Assembly: GCA_964016885.1 (NCBI GenBank)
Contig: OZ024749.1
Span: 30,690,001 to 30,754,000 of the forward strand
DNA: 64,000 bases
Source: Eledone cirrhosa
Lineage: Eukaryota
Reading direction: 5' to 3'
A model generated the notes under the pieces. It did not search any database and was not told where the DNA came from. It worked only from the letters and a program-made list of their open reading frames with translations. Each line of letters starts with the position of its first letter. The stretch's first letter is position 1. Of this stretch, positions 1-13,470 are shown piece by piece. Made by a program: the position numbers and the translations under genes.

Positions 1-283
1 TGCCAGACGTCATTATTGACGGCTACTTGCATACATCTTAAATTAACTATGTTACATGTTTCTAGTAATTGACATATGTTAGATGAAACACATTTTAAAA
101 TGTAGTTATATATATTATATATGGTACACAGACGAGTGTAAATATCTTAATATCTAATAGTTCTCATTTGTTATTCCCCTCAATTACGCAGGAAGGGGAA
201 GTAGTGGCTCTGCCGAGAGTCTGACAAATATATAAATCACCGACGAAGATTCTATGCCACTGACAGGCCCCCTATATATATAT

Positions 284-480
284 AGCAAAGAAGGAGTGGT
301 AAGAAATCGGGTACACCATAATGGACTAGAGTACTCGAAACTTAGGATAGTAGAGTGGATAATAGGAAAAGAGTCAGGACCCCGACGATTGAGTTCCGGC
401 CGTCTCGACAGCTAGATCCGAACAGTTCTGATTTAGCCGGCGAAACGGCCAGAGCTCAGCCGTTGGGGTCCTGACTCTCC
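284..480. mobile_element. ~200-bp hairpin-containing short element between AT/CT microsatellites (copy 1)
   Basis: Homologous along its full length to 12768-12967. Positions 371-478 form a ~53-bp-arm imperfect hairpin (gagtcaggacccc...ggggtcctgactc). Confidence 0.7.
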
Positions 481-517
481 CCCTCTCTATCTCTCTCTCT
501 CTCTATATATATATATA

Positions 518-674
518 TAGTAATAATAAATTTGAAGACTAAAATCCAAAGTGGGCTCGATAAGGATAAAATCAAATATATAAGAAGCGTAGAGCAAATA
601 TTTATTAAAATAACAGATTAAAGTTTAAGCAAAGAATCGCTGCTTTCACCCTTAACGGGATCTTCTGAAACTAA

Positions 675-679
<5 letters not shown>
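518..679 (-). mobile_element. Solo 3' pLTR fragment of the Naiad/Penelope family at 31-34.7 kb, including a hammerhead motif (622-672)
   Basis: Reverse complement of ~34585-34753; flanked by (AT)n on both sides. Confidence 0.9.
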
Positions 680-738
<59 letters not shown>

Positions 739-988
739 TTAGATTGCAATATTGTATATATTTATCAGGAATTGTGAGCAGGAGATAGTATCAGCAACGG
801 ATAAACCAATAACAGCAGAGCTTCTTTCATCGTCCGATTCCAGAATCGACTTCTTTCTTTTCCTTTGCTAAAACAATGGGAATAATTCGTGATATTAAAG
901 GAGACCAATTAAATAGATGCAAGTTTTTGATATGTAAATGTATTGCTACTATTTTCACACGAGCATTACTGTAGGTTTTAATTAAGGA

Positions 989-1027
<39 letters not shown>

Positions 1028-1059
1028 TATAAATATTAATAAAATAGATGTTCTTTTGA

Positions 1060-1118
1060 TCAATTACATTTTATTATTCATATTTCGGGTGTACAACAGT
1101 ACGTCCTCATCAGACTAA
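1060..1118 (-). ncRNA. Type I hammerhead ribozyme motif in an AT-rich Penelope-like pLTR remnant
   Basis: Minus strand reads uuagu-CUGAUGA-ggacguacuguuguacaccc-GAAA-uau..aug-UA-auuga. Stems I-III can pair with G-U pairs; cleavage triplet GUA. Confidence 0.7.
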
Positions 1119-1639
1119 ATATAATGATACATGACATACCCTGAGATGTTAAATGGTTAAGATTTAATCAATGTAGTGATTAACCTGAGAGAAAATTTAA
1201 CATTTATACCCTAATAAAGAGAAAATGCGAAAACGTAATAAATTCAATAGAGAATGTGTGAGTAAGAAAAACGTTACTTAATGTACCAGTTATCGAAATT
1301 TTAATATGTATGATACTACAATTTATATAGGAAAGCATTTCATGAATTATAACAGTCAGTGAGAGCCACTGGAAAAGAGATGGAAAGATGAGGGGCGTAA
1401 TGTATGCAGAAGGAGATTGTTTACCCGAAAGTTAAACGGTTAAGTTTGAAAATATTTAATTTATGTTATCTTAGGGTGAAGAATCAAGATTTTTTTTTTT
1501 TTTAAATTGGTGGTTATTTATATATTAGTTTTGTAAATTTTATAAGTGTGTTAACATTTCTAAGCTTCTGAATTTTTTTTTTGACGATAACATTTAAAGG
1601 ATTTAGCTGGCCATCAGTAAGGAAAGTTTACACTGTTGT

Positions 1640-1737
1640 ATATTTTCCTAAATGTAATCTTTAATGAATAGGTAAATATTTTCCTAAATGTAATCTTTAA
1701 TGAATAGGTAAATATTTTCCTAAATGTAATCTTTAAT
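1640..1737. repeat. 36-bp minisatellite, ~2.7 copies
   Basis: atattttcctaaatgtaatctttaatgaataggtaa repeated in tandem. Confidence 0.9.
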
Positions 1738-2539
1738 GTCAACGTAATAGGTATGTAAAGCTTTTGAAGTATTTATTGTTAGAAATATTTAAATAACGAT
1801 TATGCATATAAATATATATTTATTAATGAGCCAGTATATTTTAGGTAAATGATAACGAAAATAAAAATAAAATAATAGATTGAGGCATGTTAAAATTAAA
1901 TATATACCTATATATAACCGGGTGTAAATATATTAATTATTCTTAGCTCAAAGTAACAATAATCAAGAAATTTAGAAGTTAACTGAAAATTATGTATAGA
2001 AAGATACAGGGAGTTATATATGGATTTATATTAGGTATTAGTGATACAGTATACTTTAGGTAAATGATAACGGTTATAATTTTATATAATAAAGTTCTAC
2101 GTGTTAAAGTTAAATACATATAGATATAAGAAAAACAATAATAAATGCATGGATAATTCATTGTTCAAAATAATGTTTATAATAATTTATAATTTGGATA
2201 TTTGCTCTATATTTGAATCATGGATATAAGATTGCGGTAGGTATATTTAAAAACATAGAAAATATAATTACATACGTATTATAAATAAGAGATCAGAAAC
2301 GCATGAAAAATTCAGTTATAAATAAGTTCAGTAAAAATGTAAGGGTTTATATAAAACTAAGTTTAAAACTTAGATAGGAATATAAGGATAGAGAAATAAA
2401 GAAATAATGGTATGGATCAAAGTTAACAAAATAATGTTATGTGTATCAATGTTCCGGCATGTTATTGAACAAGTGTCTTTCATTCGAGTGTTATTTCTTC
2501 TATGTGTGTGTGTGTATATGTATATATATATATTTTTTT

Positions 2540-2755
2540 TTTGGAACGATCGACTTTCGTCAAATCGGACCGAGGAAACAATGTTTCCGTTGGTCTTTCC
2601 AATTGCTAATACTATCTATCGGTCGCAACTCCAGGTAGAAGGAGCAACGTGAAATAAAGTGTCTTGCTCAAGGACATAACGCATCGCCTGGTCCAGGAAT
2701 CGAACTCACAACCTTACGATTGCGAATCCAATTCTCTAAACACTCAGCCACACGC

Positions 2756-2757
<2 letters not shown>
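2540..2757 (-). mobile_element. tRNA-derived CORE-type SINE (family B, copy 1)
   Basis: Minus strand has A-box-like tggctgagtgtttag, B-box gagttcgattcc, and the CORE-like segment tgtccttgagcaagacacttt. Homolog at 37110-37330. Confidence 0.8.
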
Positions 2758-2791
<34 letters not shown>

Positions 2792-3039
2792 CACACACAC
2801 AAACACGCACACACATGTATATATATATACATGTGTGTGCATGTACATGTGTGTATGTGTGTGGGGTGTGTGCATGTGTATATATATATATATGTGTGTG
2901 TGCGTGTGTGTGCGAGCGTACGTATATATGTGTTTGTGTTGTTGGGTGGGTGGTTGTGTACATGAAATGTACACCATCTGCATTCAAACGTCATTCTGAG
3001 CTGGATTAGACCTATGCAATTAAAAATGCATTAATATGA

Positions 3040-3073
<34 letters not shown>

Positions 3074-4257
3074 ACATATCTATATCTCTATATATATACA
3101 TATATACATATATATATACATATATATACATACACACACACATATTTATATATATATATATACACATACATATACAAATAACTACATATATGCAGATGTG
3201 TGAGCATGTGTTTGTTTCTTTCGTGGGTGACTCAGTCTGGATGAAAAGTCCATAGGCTGAATATGAAGACTTGATGTTAGAGCTGAGAAATCCTGCATGC
3301 GTTAATTTCATTTCAACTCTTCTTATTAATAACTGCATTATTTCTTTCCTGGGACTATGTTGAAAAATACACCATATATGATCGTTCCACGAGAACGTCT
3401 TGATCATCCTATAAATATTTCAACTGACGCTTGTACAATTCGTTTCTCCTATTTGTGCCGTGGTTGTGTTTCTGCATTGTACATCTTATTGTATATATTA
3501 TACTTCTTGTGCAATTTATGTGTCGGCTTACCTGACAGACTATGCAATTTTTGTCAGTTCAGTGCTTACTTAAATGGGTATTTTCAGGTAATCATGGATA
3601 TCGTGGGAATTTCTAGTTTTTCTGATCTCAATATATAGATTTAAAGTCCTTCTAAATTTATAAGCTAATTTGCTTCTGAATTTTGCATGGAAGATCTCAC
3701 ATGACCAGTTGAATTTATCTACTTTATCTAGCTTCTACTGAAGCCTCTCTATTTCGTTTCAAGATTTTGCTTCTCTACTTGGGACAGACGTTTTATATAC
3801 TTGCGGTAAATTTTGTCCCGTTTAGAGGAGAAACTCGAGGTCCATTTCTGTCTGCGTCACATCTTAGTTTCCATGTTATTCTAGTTACTTTATCTTGTCT
3901 TTCAGATGAGTGTCTGTGTGTAGTATACAGATGAATATTTGTATAAGCGTGTATGAGAGGTTGTTCGTGTGTATGAGGGTTTGTTTTTGTGTTTCAGAGT
4001 GTATTTGTGTCTGTGTGTCCGTACGGTTTTTCAGTATATATACTGAAAAATACATACAACTTCACACTTATATTTTCACATTTACATACGCAACGACAAA
4101 GAATAATAATAATAAGAAGAAGAAGACCAACAACAACAACAACAACACAACAACAACAACAACAACAAAACCATAAACAACACCACCAATAACAACGATA
4201 AATATATTACAGGTCTGTGAATATCTTGCTCGAGAGATAAATGGTTAATATACTATA

Positions 4258-4447
4258 TAATTGTTTCTACTTTAGGCACAAGGCCAGCAAATACCCAGTG
4301 CATTACTGGTACTTTATTTTATCGACCCCGTAAGGATGAAAGGCAAAATCAACCTCGGCGGGATTTGAACTCAGATCGTAAAGGGACGTAACTATGCTGG
4401 AAAGCATGGCGTCCGACCCTCTACCGATACTGCCAATCCACCACCTT
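4258..4447 (-). mobile_element. tRNA-derived SINE (family A)
   Basis: Minus strand has A box tggcagtatcgg, B box gagttcaaatcc, and 3' end ...gtagaaacaat. About 10 copies in the window. Confidence 0.92.
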
Positions 4448-6045
4448 AATATGCTATATAATATAATATAATATAATAATTACAGTAATTTCAACCATCA
4501 TAACATGTGACAATATCAAATATTTTCCCAATCAAATAATTCGATTTTAAGCTTCCTTTTCATAAATATATAACCCTGCAATCAATATCACAAAACACTT
4601 CTTCTTCTGTAAAGGATTGATGCTAGGGCTGAGAAATCTAGCATATATTAATAACTGCATTGTTTCTTTCCGTGGATTATGTTGAAGAATAAACCTCATT
4701 TGGTCATTACATGAGAGCATCTAGGCCAGCCTATGAACTTTTCAGCTGACTCTCGAACATTAATGAAATGCATAATTGTAAAATGTTCAGAAAGCCTGGT
4801 CCCTAAATCATACTCAAACCCAGGTTTTCTCTTAGTAAAAATATATCCACTTGAAATTCCTCCCCTATCACTTGTTTGTGCATGGCTGTATTGTAGGAAG
4901 AGGAACAATAGCCCTTCCCCAATCCTCATTTAGACGTCTATATAAAACGGGGTGAGGTTTAATTTAATAACGTCGAAGCGTTTTTTTTCCTCCTTTTGAT
5001 TCTCCGTTAATATTTTGTGCACTAACTTTCGGAGCGCCAACAATTCCTAGAGTTTATTGAGATATTGTCGTTGGTATTTATTTGAAGTATTATGGTAAAA
5101 TATATTCCAGTCTTCAAAACTGTAATATTTTCAGGCACAGCGTATGTAGGACTAAATTGCATAATGCGTCCATCCAATTCGTTCTCGTAGACTACAAGTT
5201 GAAAGAGATTTCGCTGCTATTTCCAGCATGCCGAGTTACCTACCTCATCGGGTCATTGAGTTTGTTGTTATTGATGTCATTCTTATCATTGATGTTATTT
5301 AATCTCAGCATTACAATTGTGGCCATTAAATTATGATAAACATACACCTACACGGACACAAACTCACACAGACCCCATCCCACATAGATAGGCACACACA
5401 CAAACACATACAAAAACATACTTGCACCCGCCCCCATAAATATATTATACATATGTTTTATTAATTGATTGAATTGTCCATTGGGGGATATTAGTTATAA
5501 TAATTTTATTTATAACCCTAATTATTTTGATAAATTTGATAATTTTATTAATAATGTGATTTTCAATTTATTGTCAGTTGTATTAAATTCTATAAATCTG
5601 TTATTAAATTATTAAATTCTATAAATCTAATTGATTTGTTCAATTATTGCCCCTACACGACTAATTCTGTATATAATCTGTGGCCTCATTTCAGGTAATA
5701 ATAAGTTAGTCTTTGCTATGGTGTTACAATGCCAAGGTTACGCAAACCATCTCGAGGCAGCGTGATTTCGTAATTAAATTAGCTTATATGGTGAATTAAC
5801 TGTAGTGGAAATACTTCTACGAAACTCGTCCTATCGACTGAGTGCTCTACTACTCCGGTATAACCCTCCAGTGTTCTACTATTACACACACACACACACA
5901 CACACCCACACACACACACACACATACACACATACACCCACACACACACACATACACACATACACACATACACATATATCTACATAGAAGTACATACATA
6001 TAAATATATATATATATATGTATGTACTTCTATGCAGATATGTAT

Positions 6046-6115
<70 letters not shown>

Positions 6116-6331
6116 GTGTGCATGTATGTATGTGTGTGTGTATAATAGTAGAACACTATACGTCTCATTCTACATTTCCCCTTACATCTCTCTCTCTTCA
6201 CCACCGGATTCTGTTACCCGAAGATTTACCCATCTGCATTGTTGAGGCTTCTAAAATGACAAAATTTTTTAAATATATGTATATATATATATAGAGCAAT
6301 CTCTTTTCCTTTACCTTTACTAAGTAAATAC

Positions 6332-6428
<97 letters not shown>

Positions 6429-6575
6429 TAGGTAAATTATATGAGTTGATGATACAGCAGTATAAGGCATTCACCTATTTAAAGCTCTGATGTAATCTTT
6501 TAAAACAACATCCTTTGCAGAAGTATGACATAACATTTTTATCATTCAACCTTGGTGATCTGTTATTTTCGTTAC

Positions 6576-6629
<54 letters not shown>

Positions 6630-6754
6630 GTATACATATTTTGATTACCTGCACAGGTAATTGAGTATACATTTGGGGGGGCACCCTATATATATATATA
6701 TAAATATGAGAAAAATGGACCCCTGTGTGGTTGCACATGGGTTACATATGAATA

Positions 6755-7060
6755 CAATTAGTCCTTCATCAGTGATCTTCCAACTTTCATTGGTATTTCA
6801 TCGCTTTAAAAATCATATACCTCTAGTTGGTGCGAGCAATAACAAATAAAGTTATTGGGACAAGTAAAATAGGGTGGAACGAGCGAGACATGTAAACAAA
6901 CAACGATGGTATGGCAACGGAAAGATAGGAAGAGACAAGCACATGTAATCTGTAAGCTTAAGCTTGGTGAATTCATGGCGAGAGATACAGACCATCCGAC
7001 AGGGGTGAGATGTGAGCGAGAAAAGGGTTTCACACAGGTCAAACGGGAGGAAGTGAGAGA
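6755..7060 (-). mobile_element. Interspersed repeat, probable PLE UTR/pLTR fragment (homolog at 30190-30485)
   Basis: Shares agtccttcatcagtga...tttcatcgcttta...gttggtgcga...gcaacggaaag...cacaggtc with the 30.2-kb copy. Carries an isolated CUGAUGA-aggac half-core on the minus strand. Confidence 0.6.
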
Positions 7061-7327
7061 GGGGAGAATCAGAGAGTGAGTGAGTGGAAGTGTGAGGAAG
7101 AGACCAGCCGAGAGAGATCGTGACTGGCAGAGGCGGTAAAAAGAGGAGAGAGATAAAGAGAGAGGAAGCAGTAAGGAAGAAACAGACAATCGCAGCTGAG
7201 GAAAAAATATAAATATGAGAAAATGGAGCACCCGGCCGATTAACCCAATCGATATGCAAATTGGGCTGCTCGGCCGTTAATATGCATAAGGTAAGTATAT
7301 ACGTTCAACAATCTGGCAGGAAGGTAT

Positions 7328-7369
7328 ACGTTGCTGATGATAGATAATAAGTTTGAAACAAGTCAGCGT
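7328..7369 (+). ncRNA. Type I minimal hammerhead motif
   Basis: acguu[g]-CUGAUGA-uagauaauaaguuu-GAAA-caag-UC-agcgu. Stem I is 5 bp if one extra nt precedes C3. Confidence 0.6.
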
Positions 7370-7627
7370 TCTTTTGTCAGTGTTGAACAAAAGAGCAACG
7401 ATGGTTGCTAGACACTACGGCTTAATACGGGATGTTTGTTTATAAACACACCGAGCATTATAATAAATGTTCGGTGAATCCATACGTACATATATATATA
7501 TACATACTACCGTGCGTCTGTATACATATATGTATGTACGTGTACATACTTATATTTAAGTAACAGCCGTACTAAGAGTGGGAAATGAAATTTCGTTTCA
7601 TTTTTTCCGTTTATATATATATATATA

Positions 7628-8293
7628 GTAAATTATTCCGGGTTGAATCGGAGGTAACCACAGTAAGTAAGGTACTCAATACATATCAGAGTATAACAGT
7701 TTTAATATAGATGAGATTTTACAGGACTAGAACTGTTTCATCCTTTAGAAATCGTCAGGAATCTGGCTTTCCAAAATAAATGTTGCGGTATTTATATATT
7801 TTCAGGTGGTAGGAGAGGGTGGGGAGTGGGATGGGTAGAGGTCATTGGTTGAAAGAAAAGCGAATTCATTAAAAGCTAATTCTTTAAGGCTATAATTTAT
7901 ATTTAGAGTGACAAAGGCAGATAAAATTCTATAAACAAGTTCAGATTGGGTTGCAAATCCATCAACCATGACCGACCCCCAACCATATTATAGACACCTG
8001 AAATATAGGCATTTAAGAAACTTAAAAATAAGGAGTGGCAACCCAATCTGAACTTGTTTATAGAATCCTTTCTGCCTTTGTCACTCTAAATATAAATTAT
8101 AGCCTTAAAGAATTAGCTTTTAATGAATTCCCTTTTCTTTCAACCAATGACCTCTACCCATCCCACTCCCCACCCTCTCCTACCACCTGAAAATATATAC
8201 ATACCACAACATTTATTTTGGAAATCCAGATTCCTGACGATTTCTAAAGAATGAAACAGTTCTAGTCCTGTAGAATCTCATCTATATTAAAAC

Positions 8294-8295
<2 letters not shown>
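7628..8295. mobile_element. Fold-back PLE pLTR insertion: ~257-bp inverted arms (7697-7954 / 8038-8295), each with a hammerhead motif (7725-7763 -, 8229-8267 +)
   Basis: Near-perfect inverted repeat; core CUGACGA-uuucuaaagaau-GAAA-cagu-UC; flanked by (AT)n on both sides. Confidence 0.8.
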
Positions 8296-8327
<32 letters not shown>

Positions 8328-8672
8328 GGGGGGGATGTGTGTGTGGGGGGGGGGATGTGTGTGTCTGTGTGTGCAATTTTTTGCAGATCTTTTTCCTGAT
8401 TTCAGTCAGTAGAGATAGGGGCAAGAAGAATAAAAGGAATAATAGAAAAGAAGAGAAACTTCTGCGCAGCCAGAACTTCTGATCTGTTATTCTCGGCTCT
8501 AAGCTTCAAGAAAATCGGTAAATTAGGAATTCCAATCATTAATGGCCTGTATTGAACTCTGGAACATTGCCAAGACCGATCTGACTTCTCGTCATTAGAT
8601 CAATTCCTCTCTGTAATTGAGCCTGATACCTTAAGCTATTTACTTGGCATTTAGGTGATAGTGTCATACTAA

Positions 8673-8785
<113 letters not shown>

Positions 8786-8813
8786 GTGTGTGCATCTCTC
8801 TGTCGCTCTCTTC

Positions 8814-8844
<31 letters not shown>

Positions 8845-8853
8845 CATAGTTAT

Positions 8854-8946
<93 letters not shown>

Positions 8947-8971
8947 TATGTAAATGTGTGTCGCTCTCTTC

Positions 8972-9062
<91 letters not shown>

Positions 9063-9270
9063 CATATGTATATACATATATATAAAAGAGAAAACACAAG
9101 TAAGCATTAAGAGAAGGATTTTATCCAGGTATTTACGACCTTTTCAATTGTAAGTGCAACCTTATATTGTTATACTGCAAATTAAGCCACTCAATTATAA
9201 TTGTTGTTCATGAAACTGGCTTTCTTACCCAAGAACTGGATCGCAATAAGCAATTTTCTGCTTCCCTAAC

Positions 9271-9301
<31 letters not shown>

Positions 9302-9302
9302 G

Positions 9303-9407
<105 letters not shown>

Positions 9408-10014
9408 GTATAGGATAAACAAACGATTAGGCGTGAAGTATTGAATAGAAGTGAAGAATTTAATGAAAGTTCATTCTTCAACACATGTTTCAATGCAGTA
9501 TCAATCTACGAGTGCAAGTTGCATAGTAATATTATCATTATGCCCATTCACTAGCAATACATTAAATACTCCATTTCATCAAAAAGCTTCCAAAGTTCGA
9601 GATGAGGTCGTTGCATCTGGCAGTAAAATATTCTTACTGCTATCCACCCGGATTAAAAGGCAACTACCCTGATAGAGGTGAAGTAGAAAAGATATAAGTT
9701 GGAGGGACAAGGGAAGTAAATAAAACAAAATAATCAAAAATAATTTTTAAAATGAGTTAGGATAAGATAAAAAAAACCCCCAAAAACTAAAGGGTGTAAT
9801 ATTAGTAAATAAACACACTTATACACTTAACTATATGTATATATATACACACCTACATAGATACATACATATTTATATACACACACACATATACACACAT
9901 ATATACATACATACACATACATATATACACACGCACACACACGCATACATATATACATATTCATATATACGCTCATATGCGCATATATATATATATATAT
10001 CCTAGTTACACCCC

Positions 10015-10061
<47 letters not shown>

Positions 10062-10249
10062 ATATATATATATATATATATATATATAGGAGGAGGTTAT
10101 AGTTCACTTGAAGCATTGTGTAATGAGGTATAAACGTTAGAATATGTGTAATAAGGCCAAGACAATGCAGATATGGACATAGAAAAAAGAATGCAATAGT
10201 GAAAGATATTGATGAGAATTCGTCTTTCACCTTGAATTTATTTAAATGT

Positions 10250-10284
10250 CCTTAATTTTCGAGATAATATCTCTTCTTCGGAGG
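10250..10284 (-). ncRNA. Minimal hammerhead motif (U4C core variant) in the 3' pLTR of the decayed Penelope-like element
   Basis: ccu-CCGAAGA-agagau-auu-aucuc-GAAA-au-UA-agg. Stem II (5 bp) and stem I (3 bp) pair perfectly. Confidence 0.6.
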
Positions 10285-11377
10285 GAAGTAAAAGTCTCAG
10301 ACCAGCGTCTAAATTTCCAATGAAGCCATGCTGACCGGAAATAGTATATATATATAACATTTACACATACATACATACACATATATACAGATATATATAT
10401 GCTGACATAGACACCCATAAAGGAGATTTATTAACAGTTAAAATATAGTTAGTTAAGTAGCGAATAAAAAAAGCAATAAGTCGGTGGAAGAAGTGGGATG
10501 GGGATTGAAGTTCACTGGTCAAAGTGTCAAAAAGTTGATGACAGAAATAATTGTATTTTACTAGACTCATAAATGATAGGATACATCGGGAACTAATTAG
10601 TAGAAGATGTTGCGACTTAACATACTAACAATTAGGAAAGATTAAAGTTTAATTGATGCAGCTAACGGGGTATAAACGAAATATATATAGGAGTTGTATA
10701 TCTAGATAGGAGAAAAGTATTATGCTAATCTGGGTGATACCTGCCGAAGGTACGTAAATTACTATGTTCGAAATTAATAATTCTGTCCTGGCGAGAGTTT
10801 AACAGATCAGAGCTAGACATAATTACCATTACCTCCATTACACAAAGGTCACAAGAGCGGCTTTCCTTCTGGTATGGAAATGTGTATCTTAACACGGACA
10901 AGGAAACAGTGTAATCCGTGTTGTTCTGTTTCAAGTCCCAGATTTTCTTGACGAGGTCGATCGAGTAACTCAGCTTAGTCATTATACGAAATGTAAGTGC
11001 ACATACCAGCTTAAACAAGTTGGATTGGGGGATGCAACCACATATCTATACATCCTTAAATTAGTTTCAACCACACATTGATTGTTAAATAATGTTACTG
11101 TGCATGCACATTCCTTTTAAGGACAAATATTGGGACGCTGACAGTTACTCTGCGTCTGTGCATACTGCAGAGGGTCATTATTCGTACTCACATTAAGGGT
11201 GGTATTAGGAGGCAGCGTTTGGTTCGCATGCCCGTTAAAAGGTCCATCCGTTCGATGTGGAGGGTTGGGAAATTGCTGTCATGGTCATTCCGACTGTAGA
11301 ATCAGAGATATGCTTCTGGTCAGGTAGCATATCATTGTCAAACATTCGGAGGCGTTTATTATTTAGTTAACTGTTTA

Positions 11378-11665
11378 GGGCGGTGGATTGGCAGTATCGG
11401 TAGAGTGTCGGACGCCATGCTTTCCAGCATAGTTACCTCCCTTTCCGATCTGAGTTCAAATCCCGCCGAGGTTGACTTTGCCTTTCATCCTTACGGGGTC
11501 GATAAAATAAAGTACCAGTAATTTACTGGGTGATTGCTGGCCTTGTGCCTAAAGTAGAAACAATTATTTAGTTAACTTTGCTTTTCATCCTTACCAGGTC
11601 GATAAAATAAAGTACCAGTAATGAACTGGTTAATTGCTGACCTTGTGCCAAAAGTAGAAACAATT
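11378..11665 (+). mobile_element. SINE family A, full copy (11378-11565) plus tandem 3'-half copy (11572-11665)
   Basis: ggcggtggattggcagtatcgg...gagttcaaatcc...gtagaaacaattatt, followed by a repeat of the 3' half. Confidence 0.92.
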
Positions 11666-12712
11666 ATTTAATCCTGTTATGAAGCTTCTAATGTTGGCTG
11701 TGGTAGAGTAGGATAGGCGGACTCTTTTTCTATTCAGGATTTTATGGTACCTGTGTGTTTGGAGGAAATCTATCATCCAGCAATTTAAAGAACTGTGTAT
11801 ATTATTTATTGATTACTAGTTCATTATAAGGAAGATTATACCGCGGATAAGAACTGGAGTGGGAGTGTTTAGATTTTGTACTGTCCAGCGATCCGTGTTT
11901 AGAGTTAACAGTTGAGTAGGGTTTTCCATGATTACTTCTGCTCCTAGAATTTGAAGTTCCATATTGCTGCCAACATCTAGTGGGGCGAAAACTCCGTCTC
12001 TAGGTTGGTTTGACCATATGGAAATTTATTTTTTCATTATAGCCAGGATTGTGGATGGCTACATTATAGTAATCCACGTGCTTGTTTAAAATGGAATCAG
12101 AGGAAGAAATTTTGGAGATCCTGTGAGACACATTGCCAACTATGGAGTTAATGATAGATCTAGAGTCATTCGAGTGTCTGTTGCTGTAATTCAGGTTATC
12201 ATTAACCTTATGAAAAGGTTCATACAAGCCAGAATTAAGGTCTAATGTTTCGCCTAGAATGTTAGCTAATTTAAAATTTAAATCAAGAGTAATTTTAAGG
12301 CCCTGTCGCCTAAAGAAGGATCTTATAGTTTTCCTTCTTCTTTCAATTTGTTGATCCTTGAAATCCTTTGCGATTAAATGAGCATCGGCTCTATATAATC
12401 CACCTTGATGGTTAACACATTCCTGGTGCAGGGTGTGCTTGAGATAGATTCTGCCAAGTTCTGTAACTTGGGCTGATTCGTTCGAGCCCATGATTATATC
12501 CAAATCATTAGGTCTAGCTCTGCCTGTCCAGTACTCGTTATTAAACAATATTATTGAGCGTCTGGCGGCTAAAACTATGACCACTTTGTCCCTAGTCATA
12601 TTCGTATTGTACATAGGGAAAATAAGGGCCTTATTAAGAAGGATAGTTGACACAGATATATAGTAATCATCATATATGCATACACACACATACATACATA
12701 CCCAAACGCACG

Positions 12713-12744
<32 letters not shown>

Positions 12745-12767
12745 GTTATATATATATATATATATAT

Positions 12768-12967
12768 AACAAAGAAAGTGGGGTGAGAGACCAGGTGGAC
12801 CACAACGCACCGGAGTACTCGATACTTAGGGTAGTTGAGTGGGTAATAGGAAAATAGTCATGACCCCGACGGCTGTGCTCCGACCGTTTCGACAGCTAGA
12901 TCCAATCTAGTTCGGATCTAGCTGTCGAAAGGGCCGTAGCTCATCCGTCGGGGTCCTGGCTCTTTTG
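12768..12967. mobile_element. ~200-bp hairpin-containing short element (copy 2) in (AT)n
   Basis: Homolog of 284-480 with the same terminal hairpin. Confidence 0.7.
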
Positions 12968-13027
12968 GTATATATATATATATATATATATCTTTACGCT
13001 TGTATATACACGCTTATGTTCATACAC

Positions 13028-13470
13028 ATATATACAGATACATATGCAGACGTATACACCCATAAAGGAGATTTATTAACAGTTAAACTATATAGTTAAG
13101 TAGCGAATAAGAAATTAATAAGTCAGTGGAAGAAGTAGGAAATGTATTGAATTTCACTGGTCGAAGTGTCAAAAAGTTGATGACTAATAATAATTTTTTA
13201 CTAGACTGTCATAAAGGAAAGGATATATTGGGGATCTAATTACTAAAAAATGCTGCGACTTATGATACTAATAATTAGAGATTGGACAGGAGCAAATGTG
13301 AGGTGGAAAATGAAAATGAAATGTAGGTTCGCATCTAATGCTAGTAAAATAGGAAAGATTATAATATAATTTATGCAGCTAAAGGGGTTTACAGGAAATA
13401 TATATAGGAGTAGGATATTTAGATAGGAGAAAGGAATTATGCTAATCTGGGTGGTACCTGGCGAAGGTAC
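13028..13470 (-). repeat. Diverged direct copy of 10380-10752 (upstream pLTR-like partial tandem copy of the decayed PLE)
   Basis: cacccataaaggagatttattaacagtt...ctaatctgggtg.tacctg.cgaaggtac present at both loci. Confidence 0.75.

Larger units (their letters stand above)
10090..12670 (-). mobile_element. Decayed Penelope-like (Naiad-type) retroelement, RT + GIY-YIG remnants, interrupted by SINEs
   Basis: ORF 12000-12670 has DDYYISV...MGSNESAQV...GGLYRAD...TLDLNSGLYEPFHK, homologous to the 32.2-kb RT. ORF 10725-11018 has the C-terminal CDLC..E. A Cys motif (SNC..PNICP..G.C) lies near 11100-11150. Confidence 0.85.

Noticed and set aside
4258-4447. SINE heads as functional tRNA genes
   Set aside because: A and B boxes are present but there is no cloverleaf; multi-copy with a shared non-tRNA body.
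3270-4700. Similar segments at ~3280-3375 and ~4625-4697 with short minus-strand ORFs
   Set aside because: Probably old repeat fragments; no recognisable protein motif, so no call.
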